Below, in pieces: positions 26,034 to 45,405 of a DNA stretch of 64,000 nucleotides; position 1 is the first letter of the stretch, and each line of letters begins with the position of its first letter. Below the pieces are notes generated by a model, which did not search any database, was not told where the DNA came from, and saw only the letters and a program-made list of their open reading frames with translations. Source of the stretch: Eledone cirrhosa (Eukaryota); assembly GCA_964016885.1 (NCBI GenBank), contig OZ024742.1, positions 238,576,001 through 238,640,000 on the forward strand. Direction: 5' to 3'. Made by a program: the position numbers and the translations under genes.

Positions 26034-26913
26034 TGTGTATGTGTGTATATATATATGTATGTGTATGTGTGTATATATGTATGTGTGTGTGTATATATGT
26101 ATGTGTATATATATATATGTGTGTGTGTATATATGTGTGGGTATATGTGTGCGTATATATATATGTGTGCGTGTGTATATAGATGTATGTGTGTGCGTGT
26201 ATATATGTGTGGATATATATATGTGTATATGTGTGGATATATATGTGTATATGTGTGGATATATATATGTGTATATGTGTGGATATATATGTGTATATGT
26301 GTGGATATATATGTGTATATGTGTGGATATATATATGTATATGTGTGGATATATATATGTATATGTGTGGATATATATATGTATATGTGTGGATATATAT
26401 ATGTATATGTGTGGATATATATATGTATATGTGTGGATATATATATGTATATGTGTGGATATATATATGTATATGTGTGGATATATATATGTGTATGTGG
26501 ATATATGTGTATGTGTATATATGTATATGTATGTGTATGTGTATATATATATGTGTATGTGTATATATATATATGTGTATGTGTATATATATATATGTGT
26601 ATGTGTATATATATATATGTGTATGTGTATATATATATGTGTATGTGTGTATATATATATGTGTATGTGTATATATATATATGTGTGTGTATATATATAT
26701 ATGTGTATGTGTATATATATATGTGTATGTGTATATATATATGTGTATGTGTATATATATATGTGTATGTGTATATATATATGTGTATGTGTATATATAT
26801 ATATGTGTATGTGTATATATATATATGTGTATGTGTATATATATATATGTGTATGTGTATATATATATATGTGTATGTGTATATATATATATGTATGTGT
26901 ATATATATGTGTA
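26034..26913. repeat. TA/TG compound microsatellite, including a ~20-bp GTGGATATATATATGTATAT unit
   Basis: Direct reading of the sequence. Confidence 0.95.
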
Positions 26914-27626
26914 TCATCATCATCATCAGGTTTAGCGTCCGTGTTCCACGCTTGCATGGGTTTGGACGGGGGTTTTCCCACTTGAGGCAAGAGTGGTTGT
27001 CTTGCTCGCATAGGACTGTCTGGCGGGTTTTCTACAGTTGGATGCCCTTCCTAACACCAACCACATTTACAGTGTGGGGCTGGGAGGTTTTTACCGTGTT
27101 GCCTACACGGCCACATTTACAGCGTGGACTGTGTGTTTTTTGTCGTGACACCTACACGATCTCATTTGTTTCGGCCTGGATGTTGTGGGACCAACATAAC
27201 TTTACATTGAAAGGGGCGGTGTGGGTGGGGTGGAGGTGGTGGGACGGGGGTGTGTTTTGATAGAGATGCCTACTGACTGTAGTAGGTTTTTACTTTGTAT
27301 TTAGGTAAGGCGGGTCTTCTCTATTACTGAGTACCGCCAAAGGTCTCGGTCCAGTGACATTGTCTTGGAGAGGTGTAAGCGTGTGAGGTCGGAATTTATC
27401 AGCTCGTCCCATGTTTTTCTGTGTCTGCCTACTCCGTGGCTACCGTCTATCTTTATTGCCCTGCACTTTGTTATACAGCTGTCGTCTTTCATGCGCATCA
27501 CGTGACCGTACCAACGTAGCCTTCTCTCGAGTAAACATCTGATCCCTCTTATTTCTAATTTTTTCCTTAGTTCGTTTATGCTTTGCCGTTCACGTATATT
27601 ACTATTGCACATCCAGCGGAGCATGC
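26914..27626 (-). mobile_element. RTE-C 3' fragment with ~390-bp 3' UTR
   Basis: MLRWMCNS...[13 protein letters not shown]-terminus, stop at 27301, and a (GAT)n tail. Confidence 0.9.
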
Positions 27627-30175
27627 ATATATATATGTGTGTATATATATATGTGTGTGTATATATATATATATATATGTGTATATATATATATATGTGT
27701 ATATATATATGTGTATATATATATGTGTATATATATATATATGTGTATATATATATATATGTGTATATATATGTGTATATATATATATATGTGTATATAT
27801 ATGTGTATATATATATATATGTGTATATATATATATATGTGTATATATATATATGTGTATATATATATATGTGTATATATATATATATGTGTATATATAT
27901 ATATGTGTATATATATATATATATATATGTGTATATATATATATGTGTATATATATATATATATATATGTGTATATATATATATGTGTATATATATATAT
28001 ATATATATGTGTATATATATATATATGTGTATATATATATATGTGTATATATATATATGTGTATATATATATATGTGTATATATATATATGTGTATATAT
28101 ATATATATGTGTATATATATATATGTGTATATATATATATGTGTATATATATATATATGTGTATATATATATATATGTGTATATATATATATATGTGTAT
28201 ATATATATATATGTGTATATATATATATGTGTATATATATATATGTGTGTATATATATATATGTGTATATATATATATATGTGTATATATATATATATGT
28301 GTATATATATATATATGTGTATATATATATATATGTGTATATATATATATATATGTGTATATATATATATATGTGTATATATATATATATGTGTATATAT
28401 ATATATGTGTATATATATATATGTGTATATATATATATGTGTATATATATATATATGTGTATATATATATATATGTGTATATATATATATGTGTATATAT
28501 ATATATATGTGTATATATATATATATGTGTATATATATATATGTGTATATATATGTGTATATGTGTATATATGTGTATATGTGTATATATGTGTATATGT
28601 GTATATATATATATATATGTGTATATATATATATATATGTGTATATATATATATATATGTGTATATATATATATATATATATGTGTATATATATATATGT
28701 GTATATATATATATATATATATGTGTATATATATATATATGTGTATATATATATATATATGTGTATATATATATATATATGTGTATATATATATATATGT
28801 GTATATATATATATATGTGTATATATATATATATGTGTATATATATATATATGTGTATATATATATATATGTGTATATATATATATATATGTGTATATAT
28901 ATATATATGTGTGTATATATATATATATATGTGTATATATATATATATGTGTATATATATATATATGTGTATATATATATATATGTGTATATATATATAT
29001 ATGTGTATATATATATATATGTGTATATATATATATATGTGTATATATATATATGTGTGTATATATAAATATGTGTGTATATATATATGTGTGTATATAT
29101 ATATATATGTGTATATATATATATATGTGTATATATATATATATGTGTGTATATATATATGTGTGTGTATATATATATGTGTGTATATATATATATATGT
29201 GTATATATATATATATGTGTATATATATATATATGTGTATATATATATATATGTGTATATATATATATATGTGTATATATATATATATGTGTGTATATAT
29301 ATATATATATGTGTATATATATATATATATGTGTATATATATATATATATATGTGTATATATATATATATATATGTGTATATATATATATATGTGTATAT
29401 ATATATATATATATGTGTATATATATATATATATATGTGTATATATATATATATATATGTGTATATATATATATATATATGTGTATATATATATATATAT
29501 GTGTATATATATATATATATATGTGTATATATATATATATATATGTGTATATATATATATATATGTGTATATATATATATATATGTGTATATATATATAT
29601 ATATGTGTATATATATATATATATGTGTATATATATATATATATGTGTATATATATATATATGTGTGTATATATATATATATATGTGTATATATATGTAT
29701 ATATATATATATATATGTGTATATATATATGTGTATATATATATATATATGTGTATATATATATGTGTATATATATATATATATGTGTATATATATATAT
29801 ATATGTGTATATATATATATATATGTGTATATATATATATATATGTGTATATATATATATATATGTGTATATATATATATATGTGTATATATATATATAT
29901 GTGTATATATATATATGTGTATATATATATATATGTGTATATATATATATATGTGTATATATATATATATGTGTATATATATGTGTATATATGTGTATAT
30001 ATGTGTATATATGTGTATATATGTGTATATATGTGTATATATATATATGTGTGTGTATATATATATGTGTCTGTATATATATATATGTGTCTGTATATAT
30101 ATATATATGTGTCTGTATATATATATATATATATGTCTGTATATATATATATGTCTGTATATATATATATGTCTG

Positions 30176-30210
<35 letters not shown>

Positions 30211-30243
30211 ATATATATATATATGTGTGTATATATATATATA

Positions 30244-30276
<33 letters not shown>

Positions 30277-31064
30277 GTGTGTATATATATATATATGTGT
30301 GTATATATATATATATATGTGTATATATATATATGTGTATATATATATGTGTATATATATATGTGTATATATATATATATATGTGTATATATATATATGT
30401 GTATATATATATATATATGTGTATATATATATATGTGTATATATATATATGTGTATATATATATATATGTGTATATATATATATGTGTATATATATATAT
30501 ATATGTGTATATATATATATATATGTGTATATATATATATATATATGTGTATATATATATATATGTGTATATATATATATATGTGTATATATATATATGT
30601 GTATATATATATATGTGTATATATATATATGTGTATATATATATATGTGTATATATATATATGTGTATATATATATATATGTGTATATATATATATGTGT
30701 ATATATATATATGTGTATATATATATATGTGTATATATATATATGTGTGTGTATATATATATGTGTATATATATATATATGTGTATATATATATGTGTAT
30801 ATATATATGTGTATATATATATGTGTATATATTATATATATGTGTATATATATATGTGTATATATATATATATGTGTATATATATATATATGTCTGTATA
30901 TATATATATATGTCTGTATATATATATATATGTCTGTATATATATATATATGTCTGTATATATATATATATATATTTGTATATATATATATATGTGTATA
31001 TATATATATATGTGTATATATATATATATGTGTATATATATATATATGTGTGTATATATATATA

Positions 31065-31097
<33 letters not shown>

Positions 31098-31110
31098 GTG
31101 TATATATATA

Positions 31111-31141
<31 letters not shown>

Positions 31142-31168
31142 GTGTGTATATATGTATATATATATATA

Positions 31169-31221
<53 letters not shown>

Positions 31222-31243
31222 GTATATATATATATGTATATAT

Positions 31244-31275
<32 letters not shown>

Positions 31276-31376
31276 GTATATGTATATATGTATATGTATA
31301 TGTATGTATATGTATGTATATGTATATGTATGTATATGTATATGTATGTATATGTATATGTATGTATATGTATATG

Positions 31377-31407
<31 letters not shown>

Positions 31408-31502
31408 GTATATGTATATATATATATATGTATATGTATATATATGTATATGTATATATATATATATGTATATATATATATGTGTATATATATATATATG
31501 TG

Positions 31503-31567
<65 letters not shown>

Positions 31568-32730
31568 GTGTATATATATATATATGTGTATATATATATA
31601 TATGTATATATATATATGTGTGTGTATATATATATATGTGTGTGTATATATATATATGTGTGTGTATATATATATATGTGTGTGTATATATATATATGTG
31701 TGTATATATATATATGTGTGTATATATGTATATATGTGTATATATGTGTATATATGTATATATGTGTGTAGGTATATATGTGTATGTGTATATATATGTA
31801 TGTGTATATATATATATATATGTGTATATATATATATATATGTGTGTATATATATATGTGTGTATATATATATATGTGTATATATATATATGTGTATATA
31901 TATATATGTGTATATATATATATGTGTATATATATATATGTGTATATATATATATGTGTATATATATATATATACACATATATATGTGTATATATATATA
32001 TGTGTATATATGTATATATATATATATGTGTATATATGTGTATATATATGTATATATATATATATATATGTGTATATATATATATATATATGTGTATATA
32101 TGTGTATATATATATATATATGTGTATATATATATATATGTGTGTATATATATATATATGTGTGTATATATATATATGTGTATATATATATATATGTGTA
32201 TATATATATATATGTGTATATATATATATATGTGTGTATATATATATATATGTGTGTATATATATATATATGTGTGTATATATATATATATGTGTGTATA
32301 TATATATATGTGTATATATATATATGTGTGTATATATATATATATGTGTATATATATATATGTGTATATATATATATATATGTGTATATATATATATATA
32401 TATGTGTATATATATATATATATATGTGTATATATATATATATATATGTGTATATATATATATATATGTGTATATATATATATATATGTGTATATATATA
32501 TATATATGTGTATATATATATATATATGTGTATATATATGTGTATATATATATATATATATGTGTATATATATATATGTGTATATATATATATATATATG
32601 TGTATATATATATATATATATGTGTATATATATATATATGTGTGTGTATATATATATATATGTGTGTATATATATATATATATATGTGTATATATATATA
32701 TATATGTGTATATATATATATATATGTGTG

Positions 32731-32765
<35 letters not shown>

Positions 32766-32790
32766 GTGTATATATATATATATTATATAT
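27627..32790. repeat. 5.2-kb GTGT(AT)n array
   Basis: Direct reading of the sequence. Confidence 0.95.
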
Positions 32791-35450
32791 CATCATCATC
32801 ATCATTTTACGTCCGCTTTTCCCTGCTTGCAAGGGTGGGGCGGGTCTTATTCAGCACAGCATCTCTCCACTCGTCACGGTCCCTCGTCATCTCCACCGTG
32901 AGCTTCAATGATCTGAGGTCTGTTCTCACCACCTCCGCCCATGTTTTTCGTGGTCTACCTCTACCACGTCTTCCTTCAACTGGCATTTCCTGGCACTTCT
33001 TCACCCATCGGTCATCCTCCATGCGCATCACATGTCCATACCACCTCAGTCTCCTCTCCCGTACACTACATTCTATCCCTCTCAGACACAGTTTCTCTCT
33101 CAACACATTTATGCTGGGTCGTTCACGCACATTTACACTGCACATCCAACGGAGCATGCTTGCCTCATTTCTCTCCAGCCGTCGCATATCTTCTGCGGTA
33201 GCTGCCCATGTCTCACTACCATGCAGCATCGCGCTCCTCACACAGGCATCATACAACCGGCCTTTCGTACGCAGGGAGAAACCCTTCTTCGTCAACAGAG
33301 GAAGCAGCTCCCTAAACTTCTTCCAACCCGTCCTTATTCTAGATACTATGGCCTCGGAACACCCTCCTCCCATGCTAATCTGATCTCCTAGGTACAGGAA
33401 GCTATCCACCACTTCTATAGCGCCCTCTCGCATTTGAAAAATGTGTCTATCAGTGCGACTTCTACTGTCTAATTTCCCTGTACATCTACTGCATACATAT
33501 TTCTCCCTACCTGTTAGTTTGCCTGCTATCCCGCTACATCTCTTGTGTACCCAGGACCTACATTGTGTGCATTTTATAGAATTTATGCCAGTTCCTTTTC
33601 TGCATATCGAACATGGCCATTTCCCTGACGGAATCAGGGTTTTGTCCTCTTTTCTACTCATCAACACTTTTGTCTTAGCTAGATTTACTCTCAGTCCTCT
33701 TGCTTCCAACTGCTGTTTCCATAGCCGGAATTTATTCTCTAGCTCCTCTACTGATTCTGCCATAAGAGCCAGATCGTCAGCATAGAGAAGTTCCCATGGA
33801 CAGCCAGTCTTAAACTCCTCTGTTATGGCTTGGAGGACTATAATGAACAAGAGCGGGCTGAGGACCGAACCCTGATGTACTCCTACTTGTATCTGGAATT
33901 CCTCACTAAACTCCATTCCTACCCTGACTTTACTGAGAGTACCTCTGTACAAAGTTTGCACTGTCCTTACAAGCCATTCCTCAACACCCAGCTTCCTTAG
34001 GGACCACCAGATGACAGATCGGGGTACCCTATCAAAGGCCTTCTCTAGGTCAACAAAGGCTAAGTATAGTGGCTTATTCTTCTCTAAGAACCTCTCTTGC
34101 ATTTGTCTCACCAAGAAGAGGGCATCTGTTGTACTCTTCCCAGGCACAAAACCAAACTGCATCTCATCTAGTTTGACCCTTTCTCTAATTAGTTGTGCTA
34201 GAATCCTTTCTGCCACTTTCATAACCTGATCTATCAGTTTTATACCCCTATAATTGCTCCTCTCCAAAGCATCCCCTTTACCTTTGTAGCAATTTATGAG
34301 AATACTGCTGCACCAGTCTTTGGGTATGACACCACCATATATAGCCTGATTGATTATGCGTGCAACCAGTTTAGTGCCTACGTCCCCTGATGCCTTCAGC
34401 ATCTCAGCAACTATTCCCGATGGTCCGGCCGCCTTACCATTTTTCATTTCCCTAATCGCCTCTTGGACCCTATATTCGTCAATCTCAATAGCTGGTCCCT
34501 CTGTCGGATCTACCAAGGGTAATTTCTCTCTCTCCCATTCGTTCTCCACATTCATCAGTCTCTCATAATGACATTTCCAGGCCTCCTTTTTCTGGTCATT
34601 CGTGACACTAAGTACACCGGCATCATCCCGGACACATTTATCACCAACAACATCCTGATTTGCATTGACACACTGCCTTGCAATGTGGAACACCGCACGC
34701 CTCTGATCTTCCCGTCGCAGAACATTGGCAAACCTCCTACTCTCTGCCTCCCTGCGTGCTAAGTACACCTGACGTCTAGCTTCTCTCTTAGTGGCTGTAT
34801 ATTCTTCCCTACTCCCACCCTTATTCCAAGCCTTCCATGCTAGTCTTTTGTCTCTAATAGCCTTATCTACACTGCTGTTCCACCACCAGGTCACTCTCTG
34901 TCTGGTTGGAGCTCTGCTCCAGCCACAGGTTTCATCAGTAGCCTTCAGCAAGTTGTCACGTAAGAACTTCCAGTTATTATCTATGTCATACGTCTCTAAA
35001 TCGTCTTCTTTTTCGTCATATACATCTTGAAGGGCTTCCTAAATTTGAATTTTAGTGAAAGGTCTTTTAGCTTCCAGACCTTTCTTCTCCACACCTTCCT
35101 ATATGTCTCATTCCATCTCTTGCTTACTGAGATATCACTAACAACTAACCTATGCTGTGGGGTACATTCTTCCCCAGGGTATGCCTTGGTATTAGACACT
35201 ATCTGCCTGTCCCGCTGCCTAACTAGCAGGAAGTCAATCTGGCTTATGTGCTCACCAGATTTGTAGGTTATTAGGTGATTGGCAGGTTTCTGGAAGTTTG
35301 TGTTGCAAATAGTCAATGTACTTGCATCACAAAATTCAAGAAGTCTCACTCCTTCTTCATTTCTTGAACCGTAACCGTGCCCACCATGTACCCCAGTGTA
35401 ACCATCCTGGAGCTGTCCAACATGACCATTGAAGTCTCCTGCTAGCATAA
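32791..35450 (-). mobile_element. Young RTE-A LINE: APE endonuclease (34996-35448) and RT with PHD-like insert (32807-35037), cut by the assembly gap
   Basis: EN motifs AGDFNGHVG, SQIDF and QHRLV, and RT motif LYADD. A single 1-bp frameshift lies at about 35038. The stop codon falls at the end of the terminal hairpin, followed by (GAT)n. Confidence 0.95.
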
Positions 35451-35650
35451 NNNNNNNNNNNNNNNNNNNNNNNNNNNNNNNNNNNNNNNNNNNNNNNNNN
35501 NNNNNNNNNNNNNNNNNNNNNNNNNNNNNNNNNNNNNNNNNNNNNNNNNNNNNNNNNNNNNNNNNNNNNNNNNNNNNNNNNNNNNNNNNNNNNNNNNNNN
35601 NNNNNNNNNNNNNNNNNNNNNNNNNNNNNNNNNNNNNNNNNNNNNNNNNN
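35451..35650. other. Assembly gap (200 N)
   Basis: Run of N. Confidence 1.
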
Positions 35651-39477
<3,827 letters not shown>

Positions 39478-41047
39478 AGGCGATGCACTAGATAGAGGAA
39501 ACTATAGAGGTATAAAGTTGATGGACCAGGTCATGAAAGTAACAGAAAGAGTTATAGCACAGCTGATTAGGGACCGGGTGAATATAGACGAGATGCAATT
39601 TGGGTTTGTACCAGGGAAAGGCACCACTGATGCCCTCTTCCTTGTGAGGCAATTACAGGAAAAGTACCTAGCTAAAAGTAAGCCACTCTACTTGGCATTT
39701 GTCGACCTTGAGAAAGCCTTTGACAGAGTTCCACGTGCAGTAATCTGGTGGGCTCTTAGAAAACTAGGAGTAGATAAATGGCTTGTGAAAGCGGTACAAG
39801 CCATGTATAGGGGAGCAGTCAGCAAAGTTAGGATTGGCAATGAGTATAGCGAGGAATTTAGCGTACAGGTTGGGGTCCACCAGGGCTCTGTTCTTAGCCC
39901 TCTCCTGTTCATCATAGTCCTGCAGGCAATAACGGAGGAGTTTAAGACCGGATGCCCATGGGAACTCCTGTATGCTGATGACCTCGCACTCATAGCTGAA
40001 TCTATGGTAGAACTAGAGAATAAATTCCAAACCTGGAAGCAGGGACTAGAGAGAAAGGGCCTCAAAGTCAACATGACAAAGACTAAGGTCCTTATAAGTA
40101 GACGAGAAAACAGAACCCAGATCCCCTCAGGGAAATGGCCTTGCTCAGTATGTAGGAAAGGTGTAGGTAGGAACTCCATTCTCTGCCCCAAATGCAAACA
40201 ATGGGTACACAAGAGATGTAGCGGGATCTCAGGAAGCTTAATTAAGAATGTAGGATTCACATGCAGCAGCTGTGCTGAAACAGCAAGCAAACAGCCACAG
40301 GAAACAAGTCCCACCAATCTCTGGGAGGGCCCTGTAGAAACAGTAGACAGTTCTGCTACCTAGGTGACCGAATTAGCAACGGAGGTGGGTGCTCAGAAAG
40401 TACAATAACTAGGGTAAGAACGGGATGGAAGAAGTTTAGGGAACTACTACCACTGCTAGCTGCAAAAGGCTTCTCCCTCAGAATGAAAGGCAGACTGTAT
40501 GATGCGTGTATCCGAACAGCGATGTTGCATGGTAGTGAGACCTGGGCGCTGAAGGTGGAAGACTTACGTAGATTAGAGAGAAACGAAGCCTGCATGCTCC
40601 GATGGATGTGTAACAGTAATATACGTGAACGACAAAGCATAAATGAATTGAGAGAGAGACTGAGCATAAGAGGAATCAAATGCTGCGTGCAGGAGAGGCG
40701 GTTACGCTGGTATGGACATGTGATGCGTATGAAGGATGACAGCTGCATAAAAAGGTGCAGAGCACTAGAAGTTGATGGAAACCGCGGAGTGGGGAGACCC
40801 AAGATGACTTGGGATGAGGTGATAAAAGCCGACCTTACCCAACTACACCTCTCAAAGTCAATGACACACGACCGTGACTTCTGGCGTCACGCAGTAATAC
40901 ATGGTACCCGACCTCCCATGGGTACATGCTGAAGCATATAAACAATATGCCCCCCCCCCCAGCCGACCAGACACTGCCCACAACAGGACAACCCGTCTAA
41001 CCCATGCTAGCGTGAAAGAACGGACGTAAAACGGTGATGATGATGAT
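39478..41047 (+). mobile_element. RTE-B LINE, 5'-truncated (RT, PHD-like insert, C-terminus)
   Basis: ORFs 39518-40363 and 40483-40932 are joined by a 1-bp frameshift near 40352. Ends in a terminal hairpin and (GAT)n. Confidence 0.95.
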
Positions 41048-41134
41048 GTGTATATATATGTATATATATATATATGTATATATGTATATATATGTATATA
41101 TATGTATATGTGTATATATATATATATATATGTA

Positions 41135-41409
41135 TCATCATCATCATCATCATCAACGTTTAACGTCCGTGTTCCACGCTTGCATGGGTTTGGACGGGGG
41201 TAGTCCCACTTGAGGCAAGAGTGATTGTCTTGCTCGCATAGGACTGTCTGGCAGGTTTTCTACAGTTGGATGCCCTTCCTAACACCAACCACATTTACAG
41301 TGTGGGTGTGGGAGGTTTTTACCGTGTTGCCTACACGGCCACATTACAGCGTGGACTGTGTGTTTTTTTGTCGTGACACCTACACGATCTCATTTGTTTC
41401 GGCCTGGAT
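41135..41409 (-). mobile_element. RTE-C 3' UTR fragment
   Basis: Nearly identical to 26914-27181. Confidence 0.9.
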
Positions 41410-41560
41410 ATATATGTATATATATGTATATATATATATATGTGTGTATATATATATATGTGTGTATATATATATATGTGTGTATATATATATATGTGTA
41501 TATATATATATATGTGTATATATATGTATATATATGTATATATATATATGTATATATATG

Positions 41561-41645
<85 letters not shown>

Positions 41646-41686
41646 GTATATATATATGTATATGTATATATATATGTATATATATG

Positions 41687-41719
<33 letters not shown>

Positions 41720-41781
41720 GTATATATATGTATATATATATATATATGTATGTATATGTATATATATGTATATATATGTAT

Positions 41782-41885
41782 ATAACTTTGAATAACTTTC
41801 AAAGTTATTCAAAGTTATGTATATATATGTATATATATATATATGTATATAACTTTGAATAACTTTCAAAGTTATTCAAAGTTAT
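41782..41885. repeat. Two copies of a perfect 37-bp palindrome inside a TA array
   Basis: ATAACTTTGAATAACTTT-C-AAAGTTATTCAAAGTTAT at 41782-41818 and 41849-41885. Confidence 0.95.
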
Positions 41886-42130
41886 GTATATATATGTATA
41901 TGTATATATATGTATATATGTATATGTATATATATGTATATATATGTGTATATATATGTATATGTATATATATGTATATATATGTATATATGTGTATATA
42001 TATGTATATATATATATATGTATATATATGTATATATATATATGTATATATATGTATATATATATATGTGTGTATATATGTATATATATATATGTGTGTA
42101 TATATATATATGTGTATATATGTATATATA

Positions 42131-42163
<33 letters not shown>

Positions 42164-42177
42164 GTGTATATATATGT

Positions 42178-42503
42178 ATCATCATCATCATCATCATTTC
42201 ATTTTACATCCGCTTTTTCCCTGCTTGCAAGGGTGGGATGGGAACTGATGCTGGCTTGATTTCTACAGCTGGATGCCCTTCCTAACACCAACCTCATTTA
42301 CAGTGAGTGCTGGGTGCTTTTTTGCCGTGGCACCTCCACGACCACTTTACAGTGGAATGATAGGGACACCAGTCCCTATCATCTCATTTCTACAGCTGAG
42401 TAAACTGGAGCAATGTGAAATAAAGTGCCTTGCTCAAGGAAACAACACATCACCCGGTCTGAGAATTGAACTCACAACCTTTCGATTGCAAGGCCAATGC
42501 TCA
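42178..42503 (-). mobile_element. tRNA-SINE (same family as 5926), lacking the A box
   Basis: Reverse complement of 5949-6300, with a (GAT)n tail. Confidence 0.9.
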
Positions 42504-43646
42504 TATATGTGTATATATATGTATATATATATATATGTGTATATATATGTATATATATATATATGTGTATATATATGTATATATATATATATGTGTATAT
42601 ATATGTATATATATATATATGTGTATATATATGTATATATATATATATATGTGTATATATATGTATATATATATATGTGTATATATATGTATATATATAT
42701 ATATGTGTATATATATGTATATATATATATATGTGTATATATATGTATATATATATATATGTGTATATATATGTATATATATATATATATGTGTATATAT
42801 ATGTATATATATATATGTGTATGTATATATATATATGTATATATATATATGTGTATGTATATATATATATGTGTATATATATGTATATATATATATATAT
42901 ATATGTGTATATATATGTATATATATATATATATATGTGTATATATATGTATATATATATATATATATATGTGTATATATATGTATATATATATATATAT
43001 ATGTGTATATATATGTATATATATATATATATATGTGTGTATATATATGTATATATATATATGTGTATATATATGTATATATATATATGTGTATATATAT
43101 GTATATATATATATGTGTATATATATGTATATATATATATGTGTATATATATGTATATATATATATGTGTATATATATGTATATATATATGTGTATATAT
43201 ATGTATATATATATGTGTATATATATGTATATATATATATGTGTATATATATGTATATATATATATGTGTATATATATGTATATATATATATGTGTATAT
43301 ATATGTATATATATATATGTGTATATATATGTATATATATATATATATGTGTATATATATGTATATATATATATATATGTGTATATATATGTATATATAT
43401 ATGTGTATATATATGTATATATGTATATATATGTATATATGTATATATATGTGTATATATATGTATGTGTATATATATGTATATATATAGATATGTGTAT
43501 ATATATGTATATATATATATATGTGTATATATATATATATGTGTATATATATGTGTATATATATATATGTGTATATATATGTATATATATATATGTATAT
43601 ATATGTATATATATGTATATATATATATGTATATATATGTATATAT

Positions 43647-43686
<40 letters not shown>

Positions 43687-43716
43687 GTATATATATATAT
43701 GTATATATATGTATAT

Positions 43717-43757
<41 letters not shown>

Positions 43758-43950
43758 TATATGTATATATATGTATATATATATATGTATATATATGTAT
43801 ATATATATATGTGTATATATATGTATATATATGTATGTATATATATGTATATATATATATGTATATATATGTATATATATATATGTATATATATGTATAT
43901 ATATATATGTATATATATGTATATATATATATGTATGTATATATATATGT

Positions 43951-43984
<34 letters not shown>

Positions 43985-44985
43985 GTATATATATGTATAT
44001 ATATATATGTATATATATATATGTATGTATATATATGTATATATATATATGTATGTATATATATGTATATATATATATGTATGTATATATATGTATATAT
44101 ATATATATGTATGTATATATATGTATATATATATATGTATATATGTATATATATATATGTATATATATATATGTATATATATATATGTATATATATATAT
44201 GTATATATATGTATATATATATATGTATATATATGTATATATATGTATATATATATATGTATATATATATATATGTATATATATATGTATATATATGTAT
44301 ATATATATATGTATATATATATATGTATATATATGTATATGTATATATATGTATATATATGTATATATGTATATATATGTATATATATGTATATATATGT
44401 ATATATATGTATATATGTATATATATGTATATATATGTATATATATGTATATATATGTATATATATGTATATATATGTATATATGTGTATATATGTATAT
44501 ATATGTATATATATGTATATATATGTATATATATGTATATATATGTATATATATGTATATATGTATATATATGTATATATATGTATATATGTATATATAT
44601 GTATATGTATATATATGTGTATATATGTATATATATGTATATATATGTATATATGTATATATATGTATATGTATATATATGTATATATATATGTATATAT
44701 ATGTATATATATATATGTATATATATATATATGTATATATATGTATATATATATGTGTATATATGTATATATATATATGTGTATATATGTATATATATAT
44801 ATGTGTATATATGTATATATGTGTGTATATATGTATATATATATATGTGTATATATGTATATATATATGTATATATATATGTGTGTATATATGTATATAT
44901 ATATGTATATATATATGTGTGTATATATGTATATATATATATATGTGTGTATATATGTATATATATATATATGTGTGTATATATG

Positions 44986-45020
<35 letters not shown>

Positions 45021-45405
45021 GTGTATATATGTATATGTATATATATGTGTATATGTGTATATGTGTATATGTGTATATGTGTATATGTGTATATGTATGT
45101 ATATGTATGTATATGTATATATATGTGTATATATGTATATGTATATATATGTGTATATATGTATATGTGTATATGTGTATATATGTATATGTATGTATAT
45201 GTGTGTATATGTATGTATATGTGTGTATATGTATATATATGTGTATATATGTATATGTATATATATGTGTATATATGTATATGTGTATATATGTATGTAT
45301 ATATATATATATGTGTATATATATATATATATATATGTGTATATATATATATGTGTATATATATATATATATATATGTGTATATATATATATGTGTATAT
45401 ATATG
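42504..45405. repeat. 2.9-kb TATG/TA array
   Basis: Direct reading of the sequence. Confidence 0.95.

Noticed and set aside
34925-34945. CTGATGA hammerhead core within the RTE ORF
   Set aside because: No stem II or GAAA geometry; it is ordinary coding sequence.
32941-35266. Antisense ORFs over the RTE
   Set aside because: They are shadow frames of the LINE coding strand with no recognisable motifs.
41782-41885. CRISPR-like repeat-spacer or true loxP site
   Set aside because: There are only two repeats, the spacer is microsatellite, no cas genes are present, and the arms and spacer differ from loxP beyond 7 bp.
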